This document shows, one piece after another, positions 22,134 to 37,535 of a stretch of 64,000 nucleotides of DNA (its first letter is position 1; the number at the start of each line of letters is the position of its first letter). Origin of the DNA: Klebsormidium nitens (taxonomy: Eukaryota; Plantae; Klebsormidiophyceae); NCBI GenBank assembly GCA_000708835.1, contig DF236959.1, positions 226,938 through 290,937 of the forward strand. Direction: 5' to 3'. The notes under the pieces were generated by a model that made no database searches, had not been told where the DNA came from, and saw nothing but the letters and a program-made list of their open reading frames with translations. Both the position numbers and the translations under genes were made by a program.

Positions 22134-23901
22134 GGAACGTGCAATCTGCGAGCCTTGGTTTCTAAAAAGGGCTATTGAAACCTGACAGGTGCTTTGATGG
22201 ACCCAGTTGTTTGGTGGCAGCTGGTTGATCTCAAGGTGGGAAGAGTTGCGTGAGAGCTAAGCAATGAAGAAGGGGCACATCCGCTGCAAGACACTGCTGA
22301 GCTAAAATCTACAGCGTCTTAATTTGAGCAGCTTTGCTGTCAAAGGACAGCTCGAAGGTACTTATTTCTTTCTGGTTTTCCAAATCAATGCTCAGCATTC
22401 CTGAGCTCTCCAGATTCCAAAACGAAGATAGGTAATACAAGAAGGAACACGGCTTTGGAAGATGAATACGAGCGTTGGACTTGTGCCAAGACTCAGATTT
22501 AAAGTTAGAGTCGGAGCGTAGAGCAGCGCCGCGCAGAAAGCCATATGGCACATGAAGGTACACACCACTCGAGCAACCATCGCATGATGGTCCTCGCGAC
22601 GGCTCGCGTATTTAACTATTACACCGTACCAATGATTGTTCTGTTGGGAGGGGGCGACCGAGCAAGTGACCAGAAAATTCTGATTCAGTGCCATTCGAGT
22701 TGGAATGGTCGCCCTCTGCACCGTACCCTGTACGTTCGGTCAATTAATTTACGAATCCTTCATCGGCCCGTGAGTCGCCGTGACGCGCCTTGCACTTATT
22801 GCACGTACACGCGGCCTGCGACGCTCACTTTCAACAAGCAGCTTTGAAACTCTGAAAGGTCGGCCTTGTCCACTTACATTTTGCCGCGTGGCCGCCACCA
22901 CAGCTCAACAGGCGGCCTACTTCATGCCTAGGATGAAGTATCCTACTATTTAAAGGGTCTGCAATCCGACCAGCATATGACTTCCGTGTATCGAGATCAA
23001 GAGGTCGGGCAGCATACCGTAGACGTACAAATGTCATCCAAAGCGGTGCGATATCCCGGTTCTGAGAACGAGCGACTGTAGTACAGTAACGCACCACTGG
23101 TCTCTATCATGTATACCTACTTCAAGCTACTAAGCTTGCATGCCAATTCCTGATAGAATTGTTTCATCTTAGCCCTGCGCGTCATTGCATGGTGCTGGCC
23201 GCATGTTAACTACACGTTAACTATTATACTTTGCACTGTCAAGTGCAGAGAAGCAAAATTCGTATAATTAAAGGTGCGTCGATCATGTATAAGTTTTCTG
23301 CAAGAAGGATGTATGCACACTTCATTCAAGTCGATCCGATCGCAAAGAAGTTCGCAATACAGTGGTTGTGACTAGGTTGGCTTGAGCGACATGTCGCCAG
23401 TGAATGGGACGTTCGTGAACATGGTCTGGCGGCAATATATACTGATGACATATCGCTAGTCTCCCATGATGTGGTCGGATACAGTGTATACGTAGCATCG
23501 AGTCCAATGCAGAGGTTATTAGTGGCCCTGGATGCTCAGTAAAGCACATTCTTCACCACGAGGCCGTTTTAGCCTAGCTTTAATTCCCTGGACAGATGCC
23601 ACGCAGATGACTTGATAACAATCGCATCGTACCTTATTCCTACAGAGAACAAGACTAAGAGCTCGAAGGGCAGAACATAATTGGGCGGCATGGCAAGGCA
23701 AACTTCACCCTACTATTAATGCGTTGGGGATTCTGCAACCCTCAAATCAAGGGCGCATGCAACCTGCATGGCAGGCTGGCTTGTTATTCAAAGAGGACGT
23801 CATCTGATCGGATGAGAAGGATAGAAGAATGGACTAAATGACCAACAATGTTGACTTGATCTCTATCCGGTTGCGTCGTTAAAGCTTCAGCTTGCCTCCT
23901 C

Positions 23902-26900
23902 TCAGCGGCCCTCAAACTCGTTCTGCTTTCGGACAACTCGAGAATGACGATACTCTGCCAGCATAACATTAGGTATGTGACTAGAATCCCTGATACACAA
24001 GTATCGACAAATGGGATGATCTTCAATGGTTCGAAAGGTGGGAATGAAGACGCAAGCGGATATTACATACCACGCAAGGGCATTGCAGCACCCAATGGCT
24101 CCTCCAGCCCATACTTGACGCCACGTATGATATCCTAGATACGCTCTGCACACGAACAGCCGATCTCAAAATCTGGTAGATGGGCTCCACACTGCTTTGG
24201 TATCTACTGCAGTTGACCGGAAGTCGAAACTTCCGCTTCACATCATGTAAAAAGTGAGGACTGAAGGGCCCAACTTGGCCAAAGTCCTGAAGGACTAGGA
24301 CTATAGCATGAAAACTCGAAACAAGGAGGGCCAGGTTTGTGGTGCTAGGCACACAAGGAAAGCTCATGTCAAGCACATTTACCCCCGAATCGAAACGGCT
24401 GGGCCCTTGAAAAGTGGACTGCGATTATAACGCGAGATTCAACCAGAGGGGAGCTCCGCTTAAGAGAAGCAAGGACGACCTCGAATATTAGGTCTGCCGG
24501 CGGGGCCCGCCATCATCTGAGCGCCGTCGACAGAAATTTTGCCATGCAACTTGGCAAGGATAATTCTGGCCATCCTTATTGAAACTGGACGTTGGGTGTT
24601 GACGACTCGTTAAAGGCGAAGCGAATAAGCCAGAATAATCCGACAAAGGCGAAGGCCGGAGGAGCAAGTTTTTGGGGACTCTACGGAAGGACGGCGATTA
24701 GAAAAGACGACCGAAGACGACAAGACGATGGCCATTTGTTCAGACTGTTCATTAATATCCGCTGAAAAGCAGACCAAAGAGGAGTCGAGGAAGTGGCCGT
24801 TCATTCGGCAATTCGAACGCTCCAGTCGAACCACCAAAAGAAACTTCCCTGTTTAAACGAGGCTCCCGGACAAAAAAATCGATTTTCCGGGCAAACTTTT
24901 CCAAACCCGGCCAGGATCTTCATAGCAAGCACAAGCATTTATCCGGCCCTCTACGGCCGGGTTTAGAGGGGCCTACTGGAGAACGCATCCATTTTCGCCG
25001 CCTGACAGATATATCTCAAGCTTTAACGGGAGAACATATATGAAGAATAAGTCGGGCGAAGACAGACTGAAAACCTTATCTTGCCATCCACGCGCTCTGC
25101 ACCCCAATCTGCCCTAAGCTCCGACCGAACCCCACCCGCACACAGGGCTTGACCATGTTATTTATAGAACTTGTTGTTTATAGAGTCGAGAGTTGTGCTC
25201 GATAGGGGTTAATTTTGGGGCACCCAACGGTACTTTTTAAAGTTCCTGGTGATAGCCCGATCGGCACACAGCGAACTTGGAATAAGGCGGCCAGCTTTGT
25301 ACGGAACTGTGATACTTTCCTCCAATAATATTCAGGATTTTAGAAGCTGATAAGCGATTTCAATCGTGGGAAGCAACCAAAAAACAATCATGTAAAAGAT
25401 AGGAGAACTTCGCAAACGCCCCTGAGAAATCGAGGCGCCAGTCAAGACCCCGTCGCCAAAGTCGGTTTTCACCCTGAGGTCAGCGACGGCTCACCGGGAC
25501 CACATGACGGAGAATGCGACGGGCCAGGGAATGACGACAGCGGCCCACTTGCTCAACCAATCGGAGAAGGTCAATCTGCAGTGGATATTCGGAGTCTACT
25601 GAGCTGGGGCCAGCAAGTCGAGGGCCTCCCGAATTGAACGAGTAACTGAGCATGGGGCATGCTTAGAGGGATGCACCTACGGCAGTCGTTGCGTACACAG
25701 AGGTGCAACCTTTCTTTGAAAGGAAGGTGTTTTCTTCCCTCGTGTCGAAACAACGGTCTGTAGGATGAAGAGACAGTCAAGACGCCTCAACGCCTGCTTA
25801 CTCGCTGCTAAGCATGCAATGCTCGACTCAAAAATGGTCTCCTCCAGGGGCGTCTCCAGCAGTTGGGAGGTGCAGAAGCAAGCAAAGAGGGGACAAGAGG
25901 CTAAAGCCCAGGGACTGGAACGATTGAAGGAGTATATCTTGACAGACAAACGCTGGAGGTTTAAGGGTCAAGTTGTATTCGATCGCCGCACCCTTACCGT
26001 CGAAGGCACAAGAGCGTGGAATAAGTTGCAAAGAAGGTGACCCATGCGGAATGGCTGGAAGGCCTGCGTCGAGGAATGGAACGAGTCAGACAAAGCACAA
26101 CGTTTGGCTGTCTCCAGTGAGATTCCAACGGGCACAAAAACACAGTCGTCGTCTCGTGTCACTGCTTCTGATCGAAGCTGGGAGGAGATGGCTGAACTTG
26201 ACAGAGAAGCCGGTTTCCGTTTTCCGTTTCCGTCTCGTTCGAAAACGCGAACTGAATGGCTACGTAGGAAGCCCGTTCAGGAAAGTCCGCTTCTAAGCTA
26301 CGAAGTCCGTCACAGGCACTGAAACCGAGGAGGCTTGAAGAATGAGAGGGTAGGCGTGAGAGGGACTTGCTCACCATCCGAAGGAACTACAACACTCCAG
26401 GATCGCACCTGCAAGTGAAATACGGTCAGACTTCTTCGCGATCGTACAATGAACTGATGTCCGAAAGTGCCACATGTGTTCCCCAAACAAATCACGGTGG
26501 CTAACCGAAACTCACCCTTCAAGGGCAAAGCCTGTGGCTAGTGCAGACTTCTTAGGGAAGGGCCACCGCAGACGGTTGGAGGACCAATCTGGCACAAAGT
26601 CCATCTAGAAACGGATCGGAAGCGCTTGGCAGCTCTCCATGAACAGTATGCCGTTTCTTGATGGGGCTGCCAGTCCATCTGCTGTGACGTGCCGTGACCA
26701 ATTCAATCAAACGCCCTTGAATTCCCCTCAGGTTTTATTGAAGCTAAAACATTTCTTGTGCACTCCAGTTTCAGCCCTGAAAGCCGCGAATTCAGGGACA
26801 ACAGGTTGTCACAGGATTGTCCAGGCACATAGCAGGGGATGAGTCTGACTTGCCAATGAAGGTTTCACCATGGGTCAACCGCAGTAACTCACATGATGGT

Positions 26901-27669
26901 GGTCTTGGCTCCATGAAGAAGCGCTTCAGCGACTGGCAGAGGGCCTCATTGACAATCAAGCCTAAGCAGAAGACCATGGTTTGCAGCTCCCGCCTGAATA
27001 TGATAAGCGCAGGGAAGGCGCCAAAGGCTATGGTATAAGGGGCCAGGGAGGCCAGGGCCAGGAGCTTCCCAAGTCCATCGCCCTCAGGGTACCTTTAAGA
27101 AGAAAAACATTCGCTTTTCCTGTTCGGAGTCCTTCGTCGACGGACGGCTTCCAGACTACTTGATTTCATTTCTCCTTCTTTGTTGAGGCCCATAAACCCT
27201 TCCAGATCAATCATGACTGAACATTACAGTGGCTCAGTAGAAATGTTAAATTCGTTTTGGAGTTCTCAAATTTTGTCAGGACATCCTAGGAAGTGCACCG
27301 GCAGTCGCAAACCAGGCGCAACAATGGAATCCTGAAGGGGACCTATGAGATGCGAAAACCAAGACTTGAGCTGCAAGCTGTAGTGGTGGTGACACTGACA
27401 CTGAGAGGCAGAACTTCGCAGAAGAAAGGAATTGAAGGGGCCATTATGTACAAGGTTACAGTAATATCACCATGTACCATGTTGCTTCCGTGCCACCACC
27501 TATTCTTCTCAAAACCGATTTCAAGCTTTCTGATATCAGGTGCAGCGACCAGGTAGAGATGCAATGCCGACATTGACCATGATCTTTGTAGAGTTCACAT
27601 AAGAGCACTTCAAAGTCCAACTTACCTGACATGCGTCAACTCAACAGACTTGTATACTGGTGGCAACAT
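23902..27669 (-). CDS. LPPgamma: PAP2-family lipid phosphate phosphatase gamma / dolichyl-diphosphatase, about 222 aa
   Basis: Exons 27626-27669, 26893-27092, 26375-26408, 25998-26063, 25495-25575 and 23902-24145 (669 nt). PAP2 motifs K....PRP, GWPSSH and SRAYLGYHT; plant LPP-gamma-like ends (ELTHVRYPEGD; DSSHIPNVMLAEY). Confidence 0.93.
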
Positions 27670-28515
27670 GGCGGTCAGACCTCTCAAGCCCAACTTGCTT
27701 CTGCACAACAGATCTGCCACTCTGATCCAAAGACGGTGCTCTTACTAATCCACTTGCTTAAGAGAGTAGTGACTTGGCATCAGCACCTCCGTTTTGCCCA
27801 AGTATAATGCCAAGTACGACAGAGGCGCACTGGACAATGCTGTGCCAGGAGATCTATCTCTCACCATGGGTGTACTTTCTGTGCTGCAGCACTCTTTTAC
27901 CTGGGTCTGCCAAAGAGCACTCCTAGGTAAGATGCTGATAAAACTACGTCTCCCAAGGGCGGAGCCAGCTGGTGCCGATCTGTTCACCCTCAACTGGACG
28001 CTGGCAGCCAGAGAAGTGAGCTGGTGTTTTCTCCCACTGCCCTTCCATCACTTACTGTATATTGCATCTTGGACCGCCCAAATCCTATCTATTTGTCAGC
28101 TCAATCGGAGCCCGTATGAAAGGCCATACGACATCCTTCCTGTTGCATGTAAAGTTTTAATGATGCCCTACGTAGAGGCGCATAGAGGTCACCTGGAAAG
28201 CTTACGTGGTATGTACTATATGTTGGCTAAAAAGACGGTATATCTGCGTCGCTTATATCAACCACTAGCGCCATACAAGGTTCAGTATAAAGTTTGGATT
28301 TAGGTAATCCATCAACTGATGTCATGACTGGGTGATTCAACAACTTCAACTTCAAGGAGAGAGGTGGGTGCAGGTACAACTTCAAGTTTCAAGCGTTCTG
28401 TCAGACGCAACTGGGGCGCAAATTGGAGGGTGCTGTTGATTCGGCCGCAAGAAGGAAAGACAGCATATTGTTGGAGTGTTCACCGAAGCGAAGGCAGCCC
28501 TCAAGGCTGACAAAG

Positions 28516-32002
<3,487 letters not shown>

Positions 32003-33133
32003 GGACCAGCTTTCGATTCGGGTTTGTCATTTTCATGGCCCATCTGGCTAAGGTAGGTATATAGGTGCCTCGCTCGAAGTCGCCCAACGTATGTATCCAG
32101 CGACATGTCCAGAGATTACAAAGCCCGCAAACATTACCAGACTTTCACGATGTCAGATGGATCTGCAAGGCTCAGGGGCTCATTCCCTGTGGAGTTGGGT
32201 ATTCGGCAAGTCGATGATCAAGTCATGTTTTTAACGCAACCTTCTTAACATTGATTGGGGACATGCATGTAAGATGATCGCCACGCACCGACATGCCTGG
32301 CTCATGCATGCAACGCGTTTTGAATATGCACATGCTCATGGCTATAGCTTTACTGATCCAATGCAATGGCCATTAACATCCAAACGTTCCAGCGAGCCCA
32401 ACTACATATATTGGCCGGCCGGCATGCTCAGTTAATTTATCCGATCATTGAGTCTGGCCCTATGTGTAGTAATTGACGCAGTGGTTCAATATCCCGCCCG
32501 CCCGCGCCGTGCTGCATTCTTGGGCGGGCGCAAATCAATTGTAAGATTGTTTGTATGGAGAAATTTGCAAATTAATTAGGATTCTAATATTAACACATGT
32601 ATCGATGTACATCATTGTGCGCGCGTTGTATCGATCAAAAAGTTTCGCGATCATTCGACGTACAGGGCCATTGCGTCACTCGGATATCTCGATCATTGAA
32701 TTAAAACATGGCTGGTTTGCAAGGGTTCCTTGGCTTGTTATATAAGTTCGTGTCCATGGCCGCCATGCGGTAACTAAGGGCCTTCGTCGATTGTTTGTTA
32801 AGCACCCGTACATATGCATATCATGCCATCAAGTGATTCCTTTGTGCACCCGTATACCGTACATGCCCATATCATGCCATCGTTTCTGCACGTACCGTAC
32901 ATGCATGATGCGGCCGCCAAGTCATGTAGAAACTTCGTAAGTTCACTCGCACTAAGCCAGGGCGGCCTTGCCAAAATCATTGGATATCCTACTCGCAAAA
33001 CGTGCGCGCGCAGCGTTCACATGACGAGAACGTCGAGCTCTGCTGAAGTTTCCTACGTGCTTGAATACACGGACCTAGGTATGAGGATCTCAGCCCAGAA
33101 CAAGAACTTCCTACCGTCAAGCGTTCACCCTTC

Positions 33134-36100
33134 TCATTTTTTGCTACACGACTTTTTGTGCTCTGGCCAATCCTTCTTCTGACAAGTGACGCTGCAATAA
33201 GTCCGTGTATGGCACCGAGAGCACCGCTTGACATCGTGCAACAGAATCGAGCAAGAAGAGCACCTCTCCCCGGGATGCTCCGCTATCATCGCCTCTTGCG
33301 CGGCCGCCTGATTCGTCCCGTTGTAAATGACCCGGTGCTTGTAGTAGAGACGCATCCGCTCAAACTCGTCGTTCTGCATGTCATCCACCCCTATCGCACC
33401 TCCCTTTTGCATGTCGCTAAGTAGCTGGGTTAACACATGCGGCTTCTCGACCAGTATCTCCTCGCTGAACTCCACACAGTTTCGGCCCCAGTTGTATCTC
33501 GCAGTCCCCCTCTTCCGGGCGATTTCCGGCGGAAATTCCACCCGAAAGGGCTGCATCCCCGGAACCAGACCGTTCGTGAGGTATCCCGGGAGGCCCGCCC
33601 GACCGATGCGCATGACGTCACCGTCTCCCGAACCGTCGAACATGTTACGAACCAGCACCGGGATGATCTGCTCGTTCAAGCGCTGCAGATCCGCCGCGCT
33701 TTGGCAGGCCGCCACGTGGGCCAGCCGCATGCACACGTGGATCGCGGAATGGTAGAACGCGGAGCGGGTCAGGGACGCCACGGCCGCCGCCGCGCGAGAG
33801 TCGATCATCAGGTTCAAGAATCGCGGGAGGTGTTTCGCCAATACCACAATCCCCGCCTTCTTGTTCTTCATCTCGAGCGTCTTCTTCGGCTCGTCCGGCG
33901 GGTGCGAGTACCACAGACTCTCCGACAGCACGCTCAGCATACTCATCAGGGGATCCAGCTCGGGCGTGAACACGCGGGCGGGCGCGCGGCGCTCGGCCTC
34001 CCCGCAAAACGCGGCGAGAAACCCGGGGAAGAAGTGGGAGAAGAGGAAGTCGATGGACACGTGTCCAGCGTGGAAGTGGTGCGCCATGAGGGCCTTGCAG
34101 TGCTCCCACGTGGGCTCCTCGGAGCGTCCGCACATGATGCGGACGGCGCTCTCGACCGTCGATTTGGGCAGCGGGCGCGGGTGCTCGAAGATGAGGAAGC
34201 ACACGAGTCGGGCGAATGACTCTTTGCTGATCTGCAAGAGGCGCACGAAACACTAACGATCAGTCACTGTTTCGCTGAAGAAGTGATCAAATCCGGAGGT
34301 AGGCCCCAGCTGGTCACTCAATCAGATTCGAGGGGATCCACTTTTTCGAGAAGCTGAAAATTGGGAAACAGTTTCGCAGCTTAGGACAACATGTAAATCT
34401 ACGAGCATGGGTGCTCAAAGGGCTTTTCAAAAACTCGAGTTGCAAGGATTTATCTACGCTTTCTATTTGCTGCCGCAATCGGAAACCGCTGTGCGTCAGA
34501 TGAGATAAGATACCTTGACCCGTCGAAGTCAGATTTTGCAAAGTCCTACAGGATGCTTAAAAATACACTTGTAGAACTGAAAACGCCCATGTGACAAAAC
34601 TGCCAAGAGGGTGCAGCTATGGTCAGATAGTCAGATCGCAATGGAGAGCAAAGACAGGATCGGGTCTCGCTCACTAATTATCAACATAAAGCGCATGGTA
34701 CGAACACTTCAACACGGAGGAAACAGGGAATGTTCGTTCGATTCAGTAGAAGTCTTGAAAAGAAAGAGACTGGTGAATTCTTCAGAACCTTCTCAACCAC
34801 AAGCGGGGCACACCGCTAGCCAAATAGAGTACGCCGTTTGAGCTAACTTCCTGACCTAGTAACAGAAGAAGACCCAAACCTTCTTGTTCTTGGGGGGATG
34901 ACGTTGTTCTGTGGAATTGTCACTGGCATCACCTACCGAATCTTTTGACGTCTTTTGCCACATTGAAACTTCTACTGACCTCTCAATGTTCGAAAAACAC
35001 CAACGTTTGTGCAAGGTGAGTAGATCCTTGTGTTCAATCGGTCCTGATTCAGGAGTTTGGGGTTCGCCGACAAACAAGATACGAGCGCCTTACCGCGGGA
35101 ACCGGTTCGGACTGAGCCTCCGCGAGGGCTTGCAGGATCGTCACAACCTTTACGATGTCGGCATGCTCAGCGATATCCCGCTTTCCCCCTCTGAGCGTCT
35201 CTGATCGTGCAGAGCTGGGACTGCAAACGAGAGATCTGATTGAAAGGGAAACCAAGATCCATAAATTGTTTCTACACGCTTCTAAGACTTCGAGGTGAAA
35301 ATAGTCAGGCTAGTCACATGTGCGCTCCAGTAGGGGAGAAACAAGACTTTCGGGCGAGTGGTTTTGGAAATCGTCCTTGGTTCTTCGTCATGTAGCAGAC
35401 TGTCTCAAGATTGAGCCAGCACTGAATGCGGAAGTAGCCCTCCACTCATCATGCCGGCCTATCAACAGTCAAGCTTCTGTCGCAATACAGGGTGTTGAGA
35501 TGTCACCTTTCTGGTAGGCATAAGAGGTACAGTAAGTATACAGTCCCCAGGAAACGTTGCCACAAGCTTTTTCACCAACATGTTTGACCCCGTGATCGAT
35601 ATCAAGCGGTTGTCATTGGGATCATAGCCTTTCAATTGGGATCATAGCCTTTCAATTAGGATCATAGCCTTTCCATTGGGAATCATAGCCTTTCAATTGG
35701 GATCATAGCCTTTCAATTGGGATCATAGCCTTTCATTTAGAGCAAAGCTGCAGGCATCAGGCCTCAAACAAGGGTGAGCCAAAACAGGGAAGAGTGCCTA
35801 GAAGGCAAGTATGCGCTCCTGTCAGGAAAGCGCCGGCCCGCACGAATGCACATGTCATACGACAGAAGCGCCAACAATCATCCAATTTTCACTTACAGCA
35901 GCCACACGTTGAGCAGCAGGCAAATGGCAACCTCCACAGTCAAGTAACCGAAATCGGTAAGCTTCCTCTGATGCTCTAGTTGGAGGAACTGCAGCACCGC
36001 CCCAAGGAGTCCTGCGAAGAGGAAGCAGGTCCATAGAGAGTGAGAAAGGGGGGGGATGCCAGCCAGAAGCCGCTTTGAGCTGTGAGGAGGCTTTATCAGA

Positions 36101-37161
36101 ACCTCTAGATCCAAAAAGGGCGTCAGGCCAACTACTGTAGTTTTACTCTCTGCAGAGTCAGCGATTGTCCGCTTCTTCCAGATAAGAGGGTTCTACTAGG
36201 GTCTAGGAAACGTATTCATGGCTGTGAGCAGAAAGAGTGAATGTGCGCCACCTCTGTCTTCGACATCCTAGGTGCATGAAGAACTCTGTGTTACCAGGTT
36301 GCAAGTGACTAATTCCAGAGTGATTTGGTTGTAACACCTTTGGCAGAAAAGAAGCAAGAAATGCATCTTCCAAAGCCTTCCGTTTGGCCATGCCTCACCT
36401 GCCTGCTCTTCCAGCTTGACGGCCCTTCCTTTTGGAGCAAAACAGGTCCCAAACATCAGAACAGTGGCTCCGTGATACACCATCGGCATGAATCGAGGAT
36501 CCCGATCCCGCACCTCGATGTCGGACAGCGCCACCCAGGTCACCGCCACCTTTTCGATCACGCCCTGCCTGATTGCCCAATGATAGAACTTTTTGGAGAC
36601 TTTCTTTGCCTGCTCGGAGCATGGGACTCCCTTGAGTGGCCTCCCCATTGCTTCGAAAAAGTAGAGAGCTTGCTGAAGTGAAGAGTCTGCAGCTAGGGCC
36701 CGCTTCTTTGTCGCCTCCCTGACTTCCATAATAATGTTGGTCACCTCTCTGACTGCACCAAATTCCCAGGCTCTGACACACAGCTCAGGGACGAGTCTGA
36801 TGCAGTGGCTCAGACATTCCACGGTGTGAGCTACGCTCTCGCGAGACTGGGCCTTCAGATTTGCGCAAATCATCTTAAACAAGCCGCAATCCGCTAGTGC
36901 TTGGACTTCAGCGGGCGACGCAGACCCCAGCGCATCACAAAACTCGTCGACGTTGGACACCATTGCAAGCTTTTCCTTCTTCTTGAGCCTTTGCAAAGTC
37001 TGCCGTATGGCTGCCACCATGAAACCCCATCGTCCCCTCTCTATCTCCTCGAGCATCCGACCAAGGAGCACCTCCAGGGGATCGTCTATAGTTGTGAGTT
37101 GGGGCGGAGCCGCACCTTTCTCTGCTGCGTCACCACCACTACTGTTCTTTGGGGTCGTCAT
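33134..37161 (-). CDS. C-terminal MYND zinc-finger protein with a helical (ARM-like) body, about 676 aa
   Basis: Exons 36399-37161, 35949-36011, 35094-35200 and 33134-34231 are phase-consistent. MYND motif CSSC...VKRCSRCHTRTYCSVTCQKKDWPEHKKSC at the C-terminus. The two small middle exons are less certain. Confidence 0.8.
35615..35735. repeat. Minisatellite, 6 x 20 bp (ATTGGGATCATAGCCTTTCA), in MYND-gene intron 2
   Basis: Head-to-tail copies at 35615, 35635, 35655, 35675 (21 bp), 35696 and 35716; no spacers. Confidence 0.95.
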
Positions 37162-37535
37162 GGTGCTTAAGCTGGCTCAAGAAGGACAACAATTCTGGAG
37201 GTCCTCCTTCAATTGGACTTGATACCAGAGTGAGCGGATGCAGAAGGGTTGGAAACTGATCTACCTAGGTAGAAAGTCCAGCTGGAAGGAGTCAGCTGGA
37301 AGTCAGCTGGCAGTGGAACTGGAAGAAGCAAGTTGCATAATGCAACTCAAAGCTCGGGTAATGGGGTTTACTTCATCTCGCTTCACCCGCTCAAGAAAAC
37401 CCTAAACTTTCAAAACTAAGTAGGTGTAACTTGCAAGCGTTCAAAGTTCTAACTCAGAGTTTTCTGCCGTTCAAGTAGATGTTCAACTTCAAGCAGCACA
37501 GGCAAGGCGCATTGGAAGGGGTCCTGGAGTAAAGA
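37162..37535. promoter_or_regulatory. Short divergent (bidirectional) promoter region between the MYND gene and NUP85, with 3 tandem CAGCTG motifs
   Basis: Head-to-head ATGs 374 bp apart; (C/T)CAGCTGG at 37278, 37292 and 37303. Confidence 0.45.

Noticed and set aside
25765-26322. Two same-frame plus-strand ORFs separated by one stop (possible read-through or TE relic)
   Set aside because: They overlap antisense to LPP-gamma exon 4 (WPSSH) and its introns; no recognisable domain.
27794-28303. 169-aa plus-strand ORF
   Set aside because: It lies in the LPP/NDUFS8 divergent promoter and 5' region, has a non-ATG start, and shows no motif or exon-like codon bias.
33437-34253. Plus-strand ORFs of 260 and 202 aa
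   Set aside because: Antisense shadows of the GC-rich MYND exon; Arg/Gly-rich nonsense composition.
35615-35735. CRISPR-like array
   Set aside because: The repeats are head-to-tail with no unique spacers, there are no cas genes, and the location is a eukaryotic intron.
37397-37405. Telo-box (AAACCCTAA) in the NUP85 promoter
   Set aside because: The same word also occurs in introns (about 18439 and 46086), so a single copy is not informative.
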